Virus genome (UHGV): UHGV-0237655
Strand: one strand, 5' to 3'
DNA from: a virus
DNA: 38,406 nt
Shown: one piece after another, positions 1 through 10,700 of the stretch
Position numbering within the stretch: position 1 is the first letter of the stretch
Layout: each line of letters begins with the position of its first letter
Notes under the pieces: generated by a model
Seen by the model: only the letters and a program-made list of their open reading frames with translations
What the model was told of the DNA's origin: nothing
Databases searched by the model: none
Position numbers and translations under genes: made by a program

Positions 1-1
1 A

Positions 2-94
2 GATTTGTCCACAGAAACAGCGACTGACCTGAAAAATAAAATCAATGCGATTCTTGCGGAGATGAAAAAACAGGGGATCATGGCGAATTCATAA
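2..94 (+). CDS. 3' end of the collagen-like protein gene that begins at 38108 (wraps around the window ends)
   Basis: The frame is open from base 2 to TAA at 92-94. It is in phase with the ORF at 38108..38406, whose last two bases GG plus base 1 A make GGA. Confidence 0.5.
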   Translation, partial: DLSTETATDLKNKINAILAEMKKQGIMANS

Positions 95-105
95 GGAGTA
101 TGCTT

Positions 106-387
106 ATGAGAGTGATTGTATTGCAACTATTAAAAGACAGACTTGGAATCTCTACAGATAGTAGGGATTCCGTCCTTTATGCGATCATAGATGGTATTCT
201 TGACGAATGCAAAAATGTACACGGCGTTCGCATCACGGAAGAGAGATATGACCACATCCTGTTTGTGCTGGATTGGGCTACGTGGAAGTACAATCATCCA
301 GAAGATGGGGTGATTCCAAGAAGTATACGGTTTCGGTTGAACAACCTGATGATTAAGGCGGTGCAAAATGAATCGAACATGGGATGA
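106..387 (+). CDS. gp6-like head-tail connector protein
   Basis: AAGGAG at 93-98 sits 7 nt before ATG 106 (ATG 100 also possible). The ~90-aa product has an LKxxL...DD..L..II...E motif typical of Phage_connect_1 proteins. It lies just downstream of the head module. Confidence 0.55.
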   Translation: MRVIVLQLLKDRLGISTDSRDSVLYAIIDGILDECKNVHGVRITEERYDHILFVLDWATWKYNHPEDGVIPRSIRFRLNNLMIKAVQNESNMG

Positions 388-679
388 GAAAGTGATATTG
401 ATATCTTCCAATGGGTATGAAGAGGATGAGATCGGTCAGCAAGTACCGATTGAAACGGAACAGGAGATCTGGTGTTGCAAAGAAAAAGTTCCCCGAAATG
501 AATTCTACCTTGCAGGACAGAACAATATGGAAATTTCAGAAAATTTGATCGTGCATCCTTACGAATATGAAGGACAGAGATATATCCGATTCCACGGAAA
601 GAAGCTGAAAGTGATTAAGACGTATCCAATCAGCATGGAAGAGTTGGAATTGACCTGCACGGAAAGGATCGAAAAATGA
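368..679 (+). CDS. head closure / head-tail joining protein
   Basis: 103 aa, translationally coupled to neighbours, in the slot between connector and gp10-like gene in HK97-like siphoviruses. Confidence 0.5.
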   Translation: MNRTWDEKVILISSNGYEEDEIGQQVPIETEQEIWCCKEKVPRNEFYLAGQNNMEISENLIVHPYEYEGQRYIRFHGKKLKVIKTYPISMEELELTCTERIEK

Positions 680-1056
680 GCGAAAGCATAAGTGCTGACA
701 AACTCGCCAGAGAAATTATGCGGCAGATGGAAGAATACACAGAAGAAGTGAGGGAAACCACGCAGAAAGTCGCAATGAAAGCGTCCGGAAAAGCTGCGAA
801 AAAACTAAGAGAAAATAGTCCAAAGAGCAAGAATGGTGGTACTTATGCAAAGAACTGGACGAGAACGACCGATAAATATGGAATAATGGTGTACAACAAA
901 TCGCCAACATACCGCCTAACCCATCTACTGGAAAAAGGACACCAATTGAAACGTGGTGGGAGAAAAATCGGTGAAGTACGAGCATATCCGCATATCGAAG
1001 AAGTGGAACAGGAATGCATAAAAGAGTATGTCGAAGAACTGGAAAGGAGGCTGTGA
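676..1056 (+). CDS. HK97 gp10-family tail component
   Basis: 126 aa with N-terminal SADKLAREI and KNGGTYAKNWT motifs, typical of HK97 gp10-like proteins. Confidence 0.55.
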   Translation: MSESISADKLAREIMRQMEEYTEEVRETTQKVAMKASGKAAKKLRENSPKSKNGGTYAKNWTRTTDKYGIMVYNKSPTYRLTHLLEKGHQLKRGGRKIGEVRAYPHIEEVEQECIKEYVEELERRL

Positions 1057-1057
1057 A

Positions 1058-1375
1058 ATGACATTGCCAGAATTAAAAGACAAGTTAAAATCACTCAATC
1101 TTCCGATTGCGTATCGTTGTTTTGCAGTCGGTCAAGTACCAGAATTGCCGTACATCGTATACTATGTTGACGAGGATATCGGATTTTATGCGGATGACAC
1201 CGTGTATTACGAGGGATACGCCGTCACGATTGAGGTATACACAGATCAGAAAGACTTGCAGTTGGAAGAAAAAGTAAAGGAACTATTAAACAGTAATGAA
1301 CTCACGTATGAATCGTACGAGAGTTTTTTAGATTCTGAAAATATGTATTTGAAAGCATATGAAATTGAAATATAG
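1058..1375 (+). CDS. tail terminator / tail completion-like protein
   Basis: GGAAAGGAGG sits 7 nt upstream of ATG 1058. 105 aa, immediately upstream of the major tail protein gene. Confidence 0.4.
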   Translation: MTLPELKDKLKSLNLPIAYRCFAVGQVPELPYIVYYVDEDIGFYADDTVYYEGYAVTIEVYTDQKDLQLEEKVKELLNSNELTYESYESFLDSENMYLKAYEIEI

Positions 1376-1385
1376 GAGGTAGCGT

Positions 1386-1958
1386 ATGGCTGCAGGAAAA
1401 GAAAACAAAGTGGAATTTGGCTTAAGAAACTGTTATTACGCCGTTATTACAGTAGATGAGGGCGGAAAAATCACATACGGATCGCCGAAGAGATTGCCGG
1501 GAGTAGTAAGTATCACATTCGACAAGAGCGGTGATCTGATCCGGTTTAAGGCAGATGATATTGATTATTACACCAACGCAAATAATCAGGGATACGAGGG
1601 CACTCTGACACTTGCAAGAGTACCGGAAGAATTTCGGACAGAAGTGTTAAAAGAGGAGAAAACAGACAAAGGAGTGCTGATCGAAAACTCTGACGCTCAG
1701 ACGGCAAATATTGCATTGATGTTTGAGTTCCAGGGAGATGTAAAAGCGACACGACATCTCTTGTATTACTGCTCCGTAAACAGACCATCTGTTGGAAGTA
1801 CGACAAAAGATAGTGGTAATCCGAATACAACAGAACTTTCTCTGGTGGCAAGTCCGAGACCGACAGACAACTTAGTTAAGGCATCCACAGCGGCAGGAGT
1901 TGATGAAACAACATATAACTCTTGGTATACAACAGTGTATGAAAAATCGGGGGAATAG
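1386..1958 (+). CDS. major tail protein (about 190 aa, phi13/TP901-1-type size class)
   Basis: GGAGG RBS. A 190-aa product between tail terminator and tail chaperone genes. Ends ...SGE* within the motif TCGGGGGAATAG. Confidence 0.7.
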   Translation: MAAGKENKVEFGLRNCYYAVITVDEGGKITYGSPKRLPGVVSITFDKSGDLIRFKADDIDYYTNANNQGYEGTLTLARVPEEFRTEVLKEEKTDKGVLIENSDAQTANIALMFEFQGDVKATRHLLYYCSVNRPSVGSTTKDSGNPNTTELSLVASPRPTDNLVKASTAAGVDETTYNSWYTTVYEKSGE

Positions 1959-2029
1959 CACCCCCTGAAGACCTCGCCTTGGTAGGCAGGGGGAAGATTG
2001 GAAAGGCAAAAGTAGGAAAAGCAAAATAA
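1949..2029 (+). CDS. -1 frame C-terminal extension of the major tail protein (putative programmed frameshift product)
   Basis: The -1 frame is open from 1943 to TAA 2027-2029 and encodes GGIAPPEDLALVGRGKIGKAKVGKAK. A near-identical peptide is encoded after the capsid gene. Confidence 0.5.
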   Translation, partial: GGIAPPEDLALVGRGKIGKAKVGKAK

Positions 2030-2059
2030 AGGGGCGGAGCGATCTGCCCCAATAGAAAA

Positions 2060-2434
2060 GTGGAGGATGTTATGGAAAAAACAATTTACATTGACGAAAA
2101 ACCAGTGAAACTGAAATCGACAGCAGCACTGCCAAAGAGATATAAGGCGCAGTTTGGAAGAGATTATTTTGCAGACCTGATGAAAGTAGCGAAAGTGTTC
2201 GGAAGAGGAACGAAAAGGAATTTTGGAATACAGGACATTTCTTTTGCTTCGCTTGATCACATGGACATGGAAGTATTTTACGACATCATCTGGACAATGG
2301 CTAAAACAGCAGATAGGACGATTCCTGATCCATTGGAGTGGCTGGATGGATTCGAAGTATTCCCACTCAATGAGATTATGGGAGAAGTAAAGGATCTACT
2401 TACAGACACCATGCCAACTACTAAAAAAAAATAA
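2060..2434 (+). CDS. tail assembly chaperone (gpG-like)
   Basis: GGAGG RBS. 124 aa directly upstream of the tape measure gene. Ends in ACT AAA AAA AAA TAA. Confidence 0.6.
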   Translation: MEDVMEKTIYIDEKPVKLKSTAALPKRYKAQFGRDYFADLMKVAKVFGRGTKRNFGIQDISFASLDHMDMEVFYDIIWTMAKTADRTIPDPLEWLDGFEVFPLNEIMGEVKDLLTDTMPTTKKK

Positions 2435-2640
2435 ATGATAAAGATTCATCCAGTGGAGAGCCGTTCACGAATGAGTCTTTTTTTTATGTTTGCAGACAGG
2501 TTGGACTGACCAGCGAAGACATGGAAGAAATGACGATCGGAGACTGTCTGGACTATGTACAAGAGTATATAGACAACCAGAAAAAAGATGAAAATCCTAC
2601 TGCGAGAAAAGCAACACAGGAAGATTTTGATAATTTTTAA
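2425..2640 (+). CDS. gpT-like -1 frame extension of the tail assembly chaperone (G-T fusion)
   Basis: Slippery A_AAA_AAA heptamer at 2425-2431 just before the G stop. The -1 frame is open for ~70 codons to TAA 2638-2640, 12 nt before the tape measure start. Confidence 0.65.
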   Translation, partial: KKINDKDSSSGEPFTNESFFYVCRQVGLTSEDMEEMTIGDCLDYVQEYIDNQKKDENPTARKATQEDFDNF

Positions 2641-2652
2641 CGGAGGTACGAA

Positions 2653-5600
2653 GTGGCGAATAAGAAAATAAAAGGAATCACAATAAAATTCGGTGCGGAT
2701 ACAACGGCACTCAGCAAAGCTTTGAAATCCGCGGAAGATACATCAAAAAGTCTTGGTAGCGAATTAAGCTCTGTAAATAAACTATTAAAATTTGACCCGA
2801 AGAATACGCAGTTGCTTGCGCAGAAACAGGAGTTATTAAGTAAACAGGTTGAAAATACCAAGAAAAAGCTGGAATCCTTAAAACAGGCGCAAGGGGAAGT
2901 AGAAAAGAAGTTCAAATCTGGAGATATCGGAGCGGAAGAGTGCCGAGAATTTCAGAGAGAAATTGCGAAAACGGAACAGGATTTAAAATCTTACACCACG
3001 CAGATTAGCCGGATGGAGACGGAGCAGAAATCCCTAAAGGAAAGTACGAAGCAGTTGCAGACGCTGTTCGAAGCAACTGGAAAGTCTCTTGATGATTTTC
3101 AGGACGTGCTCGGCACAAGGCTGACAAATGCTATAAAAAATGGAACTGCAAACAGTGACGATCTGACTGTTGCACTCAACAAAATAGGAAAAGAAGCGCT
3201 TGGGGCAGAAACTGACCTGTCAAAGATGAAAGCTACACTGAATAAGGTAGATGACGGGGCGAGTATTGATGAAGTGAGCAACGACCTGAACGAGATGAAG
3301 AAGAATTCAGATGAAGCAGAGGAAGCACTTGACGGAATTGGAAAAGGAATTGTCGCAGGAAACATGATGCAAGCCGCTGAAATTATAGCAGATGCAGGGC
3401 AAAAGATAAAAGAGTTTAGCGACAATGCAAAAGAAGCATTTAATGAGGTAGATGCCGGATCTGATGCAATCATAACAGCGACAGGTGCAACAGGAAAACT
3501 TGCTGAGGGAATGGATAATGTCTATAAAAGCATTGCGTCCAGCCTTCCAATAGATAACCTTGAAAACATTGGAAAAGTAATTGGAGAGATGAATACGCAG
3601 TTCGGGTTCACCGATGAAAAATTGCAACATGCATCTGAAAAAATGTTGAAGTTTTCGGAAATTACTGGATCCGATGTGGTAGCATCAACGCAAAATGCAA
3701 AACAGGCGATTAGCGTATTCCACATGTCGAGTGATGATCTAGACAGCGTACTTGATGATGTCGCAAAAACAGCGCAAGACACGGGCGTATCTGTAGACGA
3801 TCTATTCAAAAAAGCGATCGAAGGCGCACCACAGTTACAGGAATTGGGATTGAGTTTCTCTGGATCGGTAAAGCTTCTGGGGGCATTTGAGCAAGCTGGT
3901 GTTGATGGATCTGCTGCATTAAGTAGCTTATCAAAGGCTGCGGTAGGTTATGCAAAAGACGGTAAATCACTCAGTGACGGATTGGCAGAAACGCAGGATA
4001 AAATTTTGAATGCGACTAACCAGACGGAAGCCTTAAATGCTGCTGCTGAGGTATTCGGAACAAAAGGTGCTGTGAGGATGGTAGATGCCATCCAGAGAGG
4101 CGTTCTGAACCTGAATGACCTAGGAGGCGCTGCATCAGACAGTCAAGGAACTGTGGAAACGACTTTCGAAAATACTTTAGATCCGATTGACGAAGAAACG
4201 GTTGCGCTAAATAACGCAAAGTTGGCTATGGCTGAGTTTGGTGGTGCGATTTCAGAAGCAGTAGCCCCAATCCTTGAAACACTTGTTCCTATAATTCAGA
4301 AAGTTGCAAAGTGGTTTAGCGGTCTTTCTGAAACAAGCAAGACTATTATAGTCGTAATCGGTGGGATTGCAATTGTAATTTCGCAATTACTGCCGATTCT
4401 TGCGGTTGTAGCTGGTGGAATAGCAGCGGCTGGAGGTGCAATGGCATTTTTGACAGGAGTGCTATTACCAGTAACCGGAATTATTGCCGGAATTATTGCA
4501 GTGGTTGCAGCAGTTGTGGCAGTAATAAAAAACTGGGGAGACATTACAGATTGGCTATCCGAAAAATGGAATGCATTTAAAGATTGGATGTCTGGGTTAT
4601 GGGATACCATATCCGAGAAAATCCAAGATGTATGGAACGGAATTAAAGATTTCTTTGCCGATATTTGGCAACAGATTTACAACGTGATAGAAGGGCCACT
4701 AAAATTCATTGAGGGAACAATTGGTGCTGTCATGTACGCAATATACGCCGTTATTTACACAGTGTGGGAAGTGATCAAGTTCGCGCTTGAAAAGGCGTGG
4801 AAATGGATCAGTGATACTGCAAGTGCTGTTTTCGTTCCAGTAGCGAATTTCTTTTCCGATATCTGGAATGGAATCAAAGATACTGCAACCGGAATCTGGA
4901 ACAGCATTAAGGATACGCTCGGAGGAATTTGGGGGTCGATCAAGCAGAATGCTATGGACGCTTTTTCTTCCGTTTGGAAGTTTATTAAAGACGGATTTAA
5001 CAATCTCAAGGACACTCTTGGAGGAATCGTGAAAGGGATTGCGAACGCAATTGTGAAGCCGATTGGCGGTGCGGTAAATGGCGTAATTAACGGTGTAAAC
5101 TGGGTGCTCGACAAAGTAGGATCGGACAAGCAATTTGCATTGTGGGAAGTCCCGAAGTTTGCAAGAGGAACTGGTGGCATCCCAAAAGACACGCTAGGTA
5201 TCGTAAACGACCAGAAAGGCTCTACATACAAAGAAATGATCGTTCCGCCACATGGAAAACCATTTATTCCAGAAGGAAGAGATGTAGTTTTGCCCCTGGA
5301 AAAGGGAACAAAGATAATGCCAGCGAACCAGACGAAAACTTTTCTGGAAGAACTTCCACATTTTGCAAACGGAATCGGTGACTTTTTTGGTGGTGTCTGG
5401 GATACGGTAAAAGACTTTACGGGAAATGTATGGGATTATATCACGCATCCGAGTAAGATCGTGCAGATTGCGATTGATAAATTTACGGATTTAACGGGAG
5501 CGTTTGAACCGTGGATTTCCGTGGCAAAAGGAGCGGTTAATACGGTGTTTGACAGCGTGGTCGGATTTGTGAAAGGAATTTTTGATACGCAATCGAACGT

Positions 5601-6312
5601 TAATTACAATCCAAGTGCAGGAGTAGAGCAGTGGAGAACTCTGGCAACAAGGGCACTACAGATGACAGGGCAGTACTCAGAAGCGAATTTGCAGAGGTTG
5701 TTATACCAGATGCAGACAGAATCCGGTGGGAACCCGAATGCGATTAACAACTGGGATATCAACGCGATTAATGGGACGCCATCTAAGGGACTCATGCAGG
5801 TCATTGGCCCAACATTTAAAGCTTATGCAATGCCGGGATACGATAAAAACATCTACGATCCACTATCTAATATGCTTGCATCCATCCGATATGCAGTTTC
5901 GAGGTACGGAAGTCTCGCTGCTGCTTATCGTGGAGTTGGGTACGAGGATGGTATTGGAGATATCAATTTGTCCGATCTATTACCGAGTCTGCCGATGTTG
6001 GACGTGAAATGGTTTAAAGATGGTGGAATCCTTACGAAACCAGCATTATTCCAGATGCCGTCTGGAGGAATCGGTGGTGCTGCGGAAAGAGAAGCAGAAG
6101 CAATCACTCCACTGAGATCGCTAAAAGGTTATATTAAGGAATCGATCTTGGAGATTATGGGCGAAAAGGATATTAATCTAAATATCAATCTGACAACGAC
6201 ACTGGACGGAAGAGTTGTCGCACAGCAGACGGTTGGATATGCAAGACCGATGATAAAAAAGATGGATGATTTTGAGAAACTATTAGGAGGTGAGAGGGTT
6301 GGGCTTGCTTAA
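2653..6312 (+). CDS. tail tape measure protein with C-terminal lytic transglycosylase (SLT) domain
   Basis: GTG start after GGAGG. 1219 aa with coiled-coil N-terminus and a hydrophobic Gly/Ala/Ile-rich TM block (4320-4540). Trp-repeat region (NWGDITDWLSEKWNAFKDWMSGLWD...). SLT motifs TESGGNP and GLMQV near 5700-5800. Confidence 0.85.
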   Translation: MANKKIKGITIKFGADTTALSKALKSAEDTSKSLGSELSSVNKLLKFDPKNTQLLAQKQELLSKQVENTKKKLESLKQAQGEVEKKFKSGDIGAEECREFQREIAKTEQDLKSYTTQISRMETEQKSLKESTKQLQTLFEATGKSLDDFQDVLGTRLTNAIKNGTANSDDLTVALNKIGKEALGAETDLSKMKATLNKVDDGASIDEVSNDLNEMKKNSDEAEEALDGIGKGIVAGNMMQAAEIIADAGQKIKEFSDNAKEAFNEVDAGSDAIITATGATGKLAEGMDNVYKSIASSLPIDNLENIGKVIGEMNTQFGFTDEKLQHASEKMLKFSEITGSDVVASTQNAKQAISVFHMSSDDLDSVLDDVAKTAQDTGVSVDDLFKKAIEGAPQLQELGLSFSGSVKLLGAFEQAGVDGSAALSSLSKAAVGYAKDGKSLSDGLAETQDKILNATNQTEALNAAAEVFGTKGAVRMVDAIQRGVLNLNDLGGAASDSQGTVETTFENTLDPIDEETVALNNAKLAMAEFGGAISEAVAPILETLVPIIQKVAKWFSGLSETSKTIIVVIGGIAIVISQLLPILAVVAGGIAAAGGAMAFLTGVLLPVTGIIAGIIAVVAAVVAVIKNWGDITDWLSEKWNAFKDWMSGLWDTISEKIQDVWNGIKDFFADIWQQIYNVIEGPLKFIEGTIGAVMYAIYAVIYTVWEVIKFALEKAWKWISDTASAVFVPVANFFSDIWNGIKDTATGIWNSIKDTLGGIWGSIKQNAMDAFSSVWKFIKDGFNNLKDTLGGIVKGIANAIVKPIGGAVNGVINGVNWVLDKVGSDKQFALWEVPKFARGTGGIPKDTLGIVNDQKGSTYKEMIVPPHGKPFIPEGRDVVLPLEKGTKIMPANQTKTFLEELPHFANGIGDFFGGVWDTVKDFTGNVWDYITHPSKIVQIAIDKFTDLTGAFEPWISVAKGAVNTVFDSVVGFVKGIFDTQSNVNYNPSAGVEQWRTLATRALQMTGQYSEANLQRLLYQMQTESGGNPNAINNWDINAINGTPSKGLMQVIGPTFKAYAMPGYDKNIYDPLSNMLASIRYAVSRYGSLAAAYRGVGYEDGIGDINLSDLLPSLPMLDVKWFKDGGILTKPALFQMPSGGIGGAAEREAEAITPLRSLKGYIKESILEIMGEKDINLNINLTTTLDGRVVAQQTVGYARPMIKKMDDFEKLLGGERVGLA

Positions 6313-7771
6313 AGCAACATATGGAGGCGTAGAGATTCCGGTTAAGATTACAAGACTTGACCGGAACTTATCACCTTCCATCACAAATAATACAAGGAGC
6401 ATTGAAAATGTAAATGGAGGAGAGTTTACGCATTCCACGTACTCTCCAAAACAGATTGTAATGGAGTTTCGTATTTCAAACTCTACGGCAAGGGAACTCA
6501 GTGAGTTCCGCAGAAAAATGTCAGAAATTCTGTATAGTAAAGAACCAAAGAGGCTGATTTTTTCCGATGAACCAAGCATTTACTATGAAGCAATCGTGGA
6601 TGGGGAGCCGGTACTGGAAGAGGATGATATGTACAGTAGCGGAACAATCACATGGCTCATCCCGGACGGAGTAGCATACTCCACAGCAGAATTCGACTTC
6701 TATGGAGTCCAACAGAACGGCTACCAAACAATTACCATCCAAAACAACGGTACAGAATGGGCAGATGTGGACTACGAGATCACACACAATCATGAAAACG
6801 GATTTATCGGACTTGTGAGCCAGTGCGGAGTGATCCAGCTAGGGAAAGAGGAAGAAGCAGACGGAGAGAATTACAAAGCGTCTGAAAACCTGTTTGATGG
6901 ATACAACCTGTTTCGAGACGATCATGGAACGTCTTACCAAAATCCAGAGAATACCACACAGGGAACGCTTGAAGTAAGGAATGTTGCCGGATACAACGTG
7001 ATGGCATTAAAAGGTGGGCAAGCCACATCTGGATACTGGAACGGTGGAATGAAAACACTTACTATCCCGGTGGACAGCGAGGGCAGACGTGGCGCAAAAA
7101 ACTTTTACTGCTACACGCAGCACTGGTTCGAGACAGGCTTGATGGGGCAGACAGGAGCGCAGACCATTGCATTTCTGACGGGAGATAACAAGGTGATTTG
7201 CGCCATGTCTATTAACAAAAGTGATACGGTTGGTAATACGGCTCGTATCGAGTGGTTTGCTCCCGGAAACACCTTAATCAGACGAGAAGAGTTCCAGCCG
7301 ACAGCCTACGAGGGCAATCCGTTTAATCTTAAAATGGGATGCCACAACGACTTTTTAAAAGAGGGAGAAAAGCTGCGGATTTTTTGGTATGGGACTTACA
7401 TGGAGCGAAATATACCGGAGATCAAGGACATGGAATGTGAGAAGATACAGGTCTGGATCGGACAGTGGGGGGACCGAAATCTGTCGAACCAGTACGTTAC
7501 GCACAACTATTTAAAAAGCATCTGGTTTCGTAAGGACAACGTGGAAAAATATCAGGATGTGCCAAACCGGTACCGTGCCGGAGATGTGGTGTCTATAGAC
7601 GGAGAGAGCACAAAGGTCTACGTTAATGGTATGGCGGCTAAGGGAGATGAGATTACAGGGACGGATTATTTTAAAGTGCCGCCAGGGATTACAGAAGTGC
7701 AGTTCTGCTACTCTTCCTTTTCTTCTCCGCCGCCCCAGATTAAAGCGAAAATACGGGAGGTGTATTTATAG
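6299..7771 (+). CDS. distal tail protein (Dit)
   Basis: Follows the tape measure gene; Siphovirus-tail-family-like N-terminus. The start is probably TTG 6299 or 6305; GTG 6290 overlaps the RBS. Confidence 0.65.
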   Translation: MGLLKATYGGVEIPVKITRLDRNLSPSITNNTRSIENVNGGEFTHSTYSPKQIVMEFRISNSTARELSEFRRKMSEILYSKEPKRLIFSDEPSIYYEAIVDGEPVLEEDDMYSSGTITWLIPDGVAYSTAEFDFYGVQQNGYQTITIQNNGTEWADVDYEITHNHENGFIGLVSQCGVIQLGKEEEADGENYKASENLFDGYNLFRDDHGTSYQNPENTTQGTLEVRNVAGYNVMALKGGQATSGYWNGGMKTLTIPVDSEGRRGAKNFYCYTQHWFETGLMGQTGAQTIAFLTGDNKVICAMSINKSDTVGNTARIEWFAPGNTLIRREEFQPTAYEGNPFNLKMGCHNDFLKEGEKLRIFWYGTYMERNIPEIKDMECEKIQVWIGQWGDRNLSNQYVTHNYLKSIWFRKDNVEKYQDVPNRYRAGDVVSIDGESTKVYVNGMAAKGDEITGTDYFKVPPGITEVQFCYSSFSSPPPQIKAKIREVYL

Positions 7772-10700
7772 TGGATAACATCAGGATCGCGATTTTAAGC
7801 GCGAATAACACACCAGTAGCGTTTATGGACAATCAGCACAAGAAGTCCATGCACTACTGGGATGACGAGCTACATGAGTACTTGCAGGGGACTGCCAATA
7901 CTTACACCTTTACGGTGTCCGCAAAGCATCAGGATGCAGAGAATGTTACCGCCGGAAATAAGGTGGCGTTTATACACAAAGGGAAATCCTACTATTTAAA
8001 CATCGTAAACACTGAGCAGACAGAGGAGACGATCACAGCTACGGCGTGGTCGTTATCTTTTGAGCTAATTAACGAGGATGCCGGGGAATACAAGGCAGGA
8101 CAGGCAATGAGCTTTGCAGAGTACCTTACCGTATTTGACGCCGAGAGAACACTAAAATTAGGACTTAACGAGGTATCAGATAAGCGGATTACCAACGAGT
8201 GGACGGGCACAACTTCCATACTAAAAAGGCTGTTTTCTTTGGCAAACGTATTTTCTGCCGAAATTGAATTTGAGACAGTCTTAAACAAAGACTACTCTTT
8301 AAAAGAGATCGTCCTGAATGTCTACCGAGAACACTCCGACACCAACAGTGGAGTCGGAGAATACAGGAATGACATTGTCCTGCGGTACGGAAAAGGAATT
8401 ACCGGAATCCGTAAAACCACAGATGCTGAGAGCTTGTACACCTGCATCTACCCAACAGGAAAAGATGGTCTGACCATCAATGGTCTGGACAAAAAGGAAT
8501 ACGACGCAAGCGGGCGTTTGGAATATTTTACAGACGGGGCACTCATCCGGGCACCGCAGGCAAGAGATCGATTCCCGTCCAACATCGTAAACAAGGACGA
8601 TGCTTATATCATGCTGCGGAAAGAGTACGATACAGACAGCAAGGACAAGCTCTATAGCATGGCTCTGTCTGATCTTAAAACAGCATCCGAACCAGTAGTG
8701 ACCTACGAGGTGGATGGATATTTTGACACCAACATCGGGGACACCGTGAGGATGCAGGATCAGGAGTGGACACCAGTGCTTTATCTACAGGCGAGGGTGT
8801 CGGAGCAGGTACGAAGCCTTACCAATCCAAAGACTGCCAAGACAGTGTTTAGCAACTACAAGGAGCTGACCTCCGAAATATCCGACGATCTCATCAAGAG
8901 GATGGAGGACTTGATCTCAAAAAATAAAGTATACACCTGTTCCATCTCTACAAACAATGGTGTTATCTTCAAAAACGGAGTTGGCAGTACAACCTTGACA
9001 GCCTATGCCTACAACAACGGAGTAGACGTGTCAAGCAACCTGCAGTTCCGTTGGAGCAAAGATGGACAGGAGTTTTACGCAGGCCGTAGCGTGACGGTTA
9101 ATGCAGAAGATGTAGACGCCAAGGCGGTGTATTCTTTCGTAGCAACTGAAAATGGAATCCGGCGTGGATATTACGAGGTTACGATCGCAGATGTAATGGA
9201 TGGAGAACATGGTTCGCAAGGTGAGAAAGGAGAGCAAGGCGAACAGGGACCTCCTGGTCCACAAGGCGCTCCGGGATTGGATGGTATACAGGGTCCAAAA
9301 GGGGATCAGGGAATCCCGGGACCTCAAGGAAATACAGGTGCTACTGGACCGCAGGGACCAGCCGGACAGTCCACCTATTTCCATATCAAGTATTCCTCAG
9401 TTGCGAATCCTACATTAAGTAGCCAGATGACGGAAACGCCGTCTACATACATTGGTACTTACGTAGATTCTGCTCAAGCGGATAGCACGGATCCAAAGAA
9501 ATATACCTGGTCACGCTTCCAAGGACTCCAAGGGCCACAGGGAACGCAGGGCATACCTGGAACGAACGGCACAAACGGCAAGACAAGTTATCTGCACATT
9601 AAATATTCCAACGATGGAGGTAAAACGTTTACCGGAAACAGCGGAGAAGATGTGGGAACGTATATCGGTACTTGTGTAGATTACAATCAGTCCGATCCTG
9701 CAAGTGTTAGATCTTATAAGTGGGCGAAGATTAAAGGGGAAAACGGACAGGATGGTCAGGATGGAGCAGACGGTCAGGACGGTGTTGGGATTAAATCTAT
9801 TACAAAATACTACCTTGCATCCGAAAAAAACACCGGAATTACAACATCCTCTTCCGGGTGGACAACTACAATGCAGACCATGACGGAGACTAAAAAATAC
9901 CTGTGGAGTTATGACAAGATATACTACACCAACGGAAAAACAGTAAACACAACACCTGTGATCATTGGAGTACACGGGCAAAACGGAAGTGACGGAACAT
10001 CCGGCATCATCGTGTCTCCCACACCACCGGAAAATCCAAAAGTAGGACAGCTCTGGCAGACAGCAAGTGGAGAACCAATTAAAAGATGGGATGGAAGTCG
10101 TTGGGTGCTGCATTACGTATCAGTTGAGAATTTGGACGTGCAAACGCTTAGTGCAATTACTGCAAACTTGGGATCAATAAATGCGGGAAAGATAGAGAGC
10201 AACAACGGGAACATGCTTATAGATGCTAATTCCGGCAAAATCGTAAGCAAATTGATTGATAATGGAGTTGTCGACAGCACGATGGAACTTAATTCCGCTT
10301 CCCTTGCATTTTCCGGTAAGGACTCGGGAGGTAATCCTGCAAATATGACTTTTTCCATGCAGGGGCTTACTTATATAAACCGGAATACCGGAGGACGTTC
10401 AAAACTTGTGTTATCAGACGGAGATATATATGCGCAGAACGGAAATAATCCATTAATTGGGTTGTCTTCGTACAGTAAATATGATTCTGGCATAAAGCAG
10501 GGACCATTCCCGGAAATAAATCCATCAAATTCCATCAGAATAAAGCTCATAAGAACTGCTTTTGTTGTAACGTGCACGATTATTATGAAAGCACAGTTCC
10601 CGTGGAAAGGAAGAATTGAAGAAATACAAGAGGTAAGAATCCCTGACGGATACAGACCGGCAATAGAAGTGTTGGCACCAATCAGCGAGGTTTCCAACGG

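Noticed and set aside
4296-5231. Several 100-160 aa minus-strand ORFs inside the tape measure gene
   Set aside because: Antisense to a long, clearly coding gene. Their compositions (Ala/Thr/Pro/Ile runs) mirror the sense-strand repeats.
9511-10113. 200-aa minus-strand ORF within Tal
   Set aside because: Antisense to the collagen-like region of a confident gene; no RBS.
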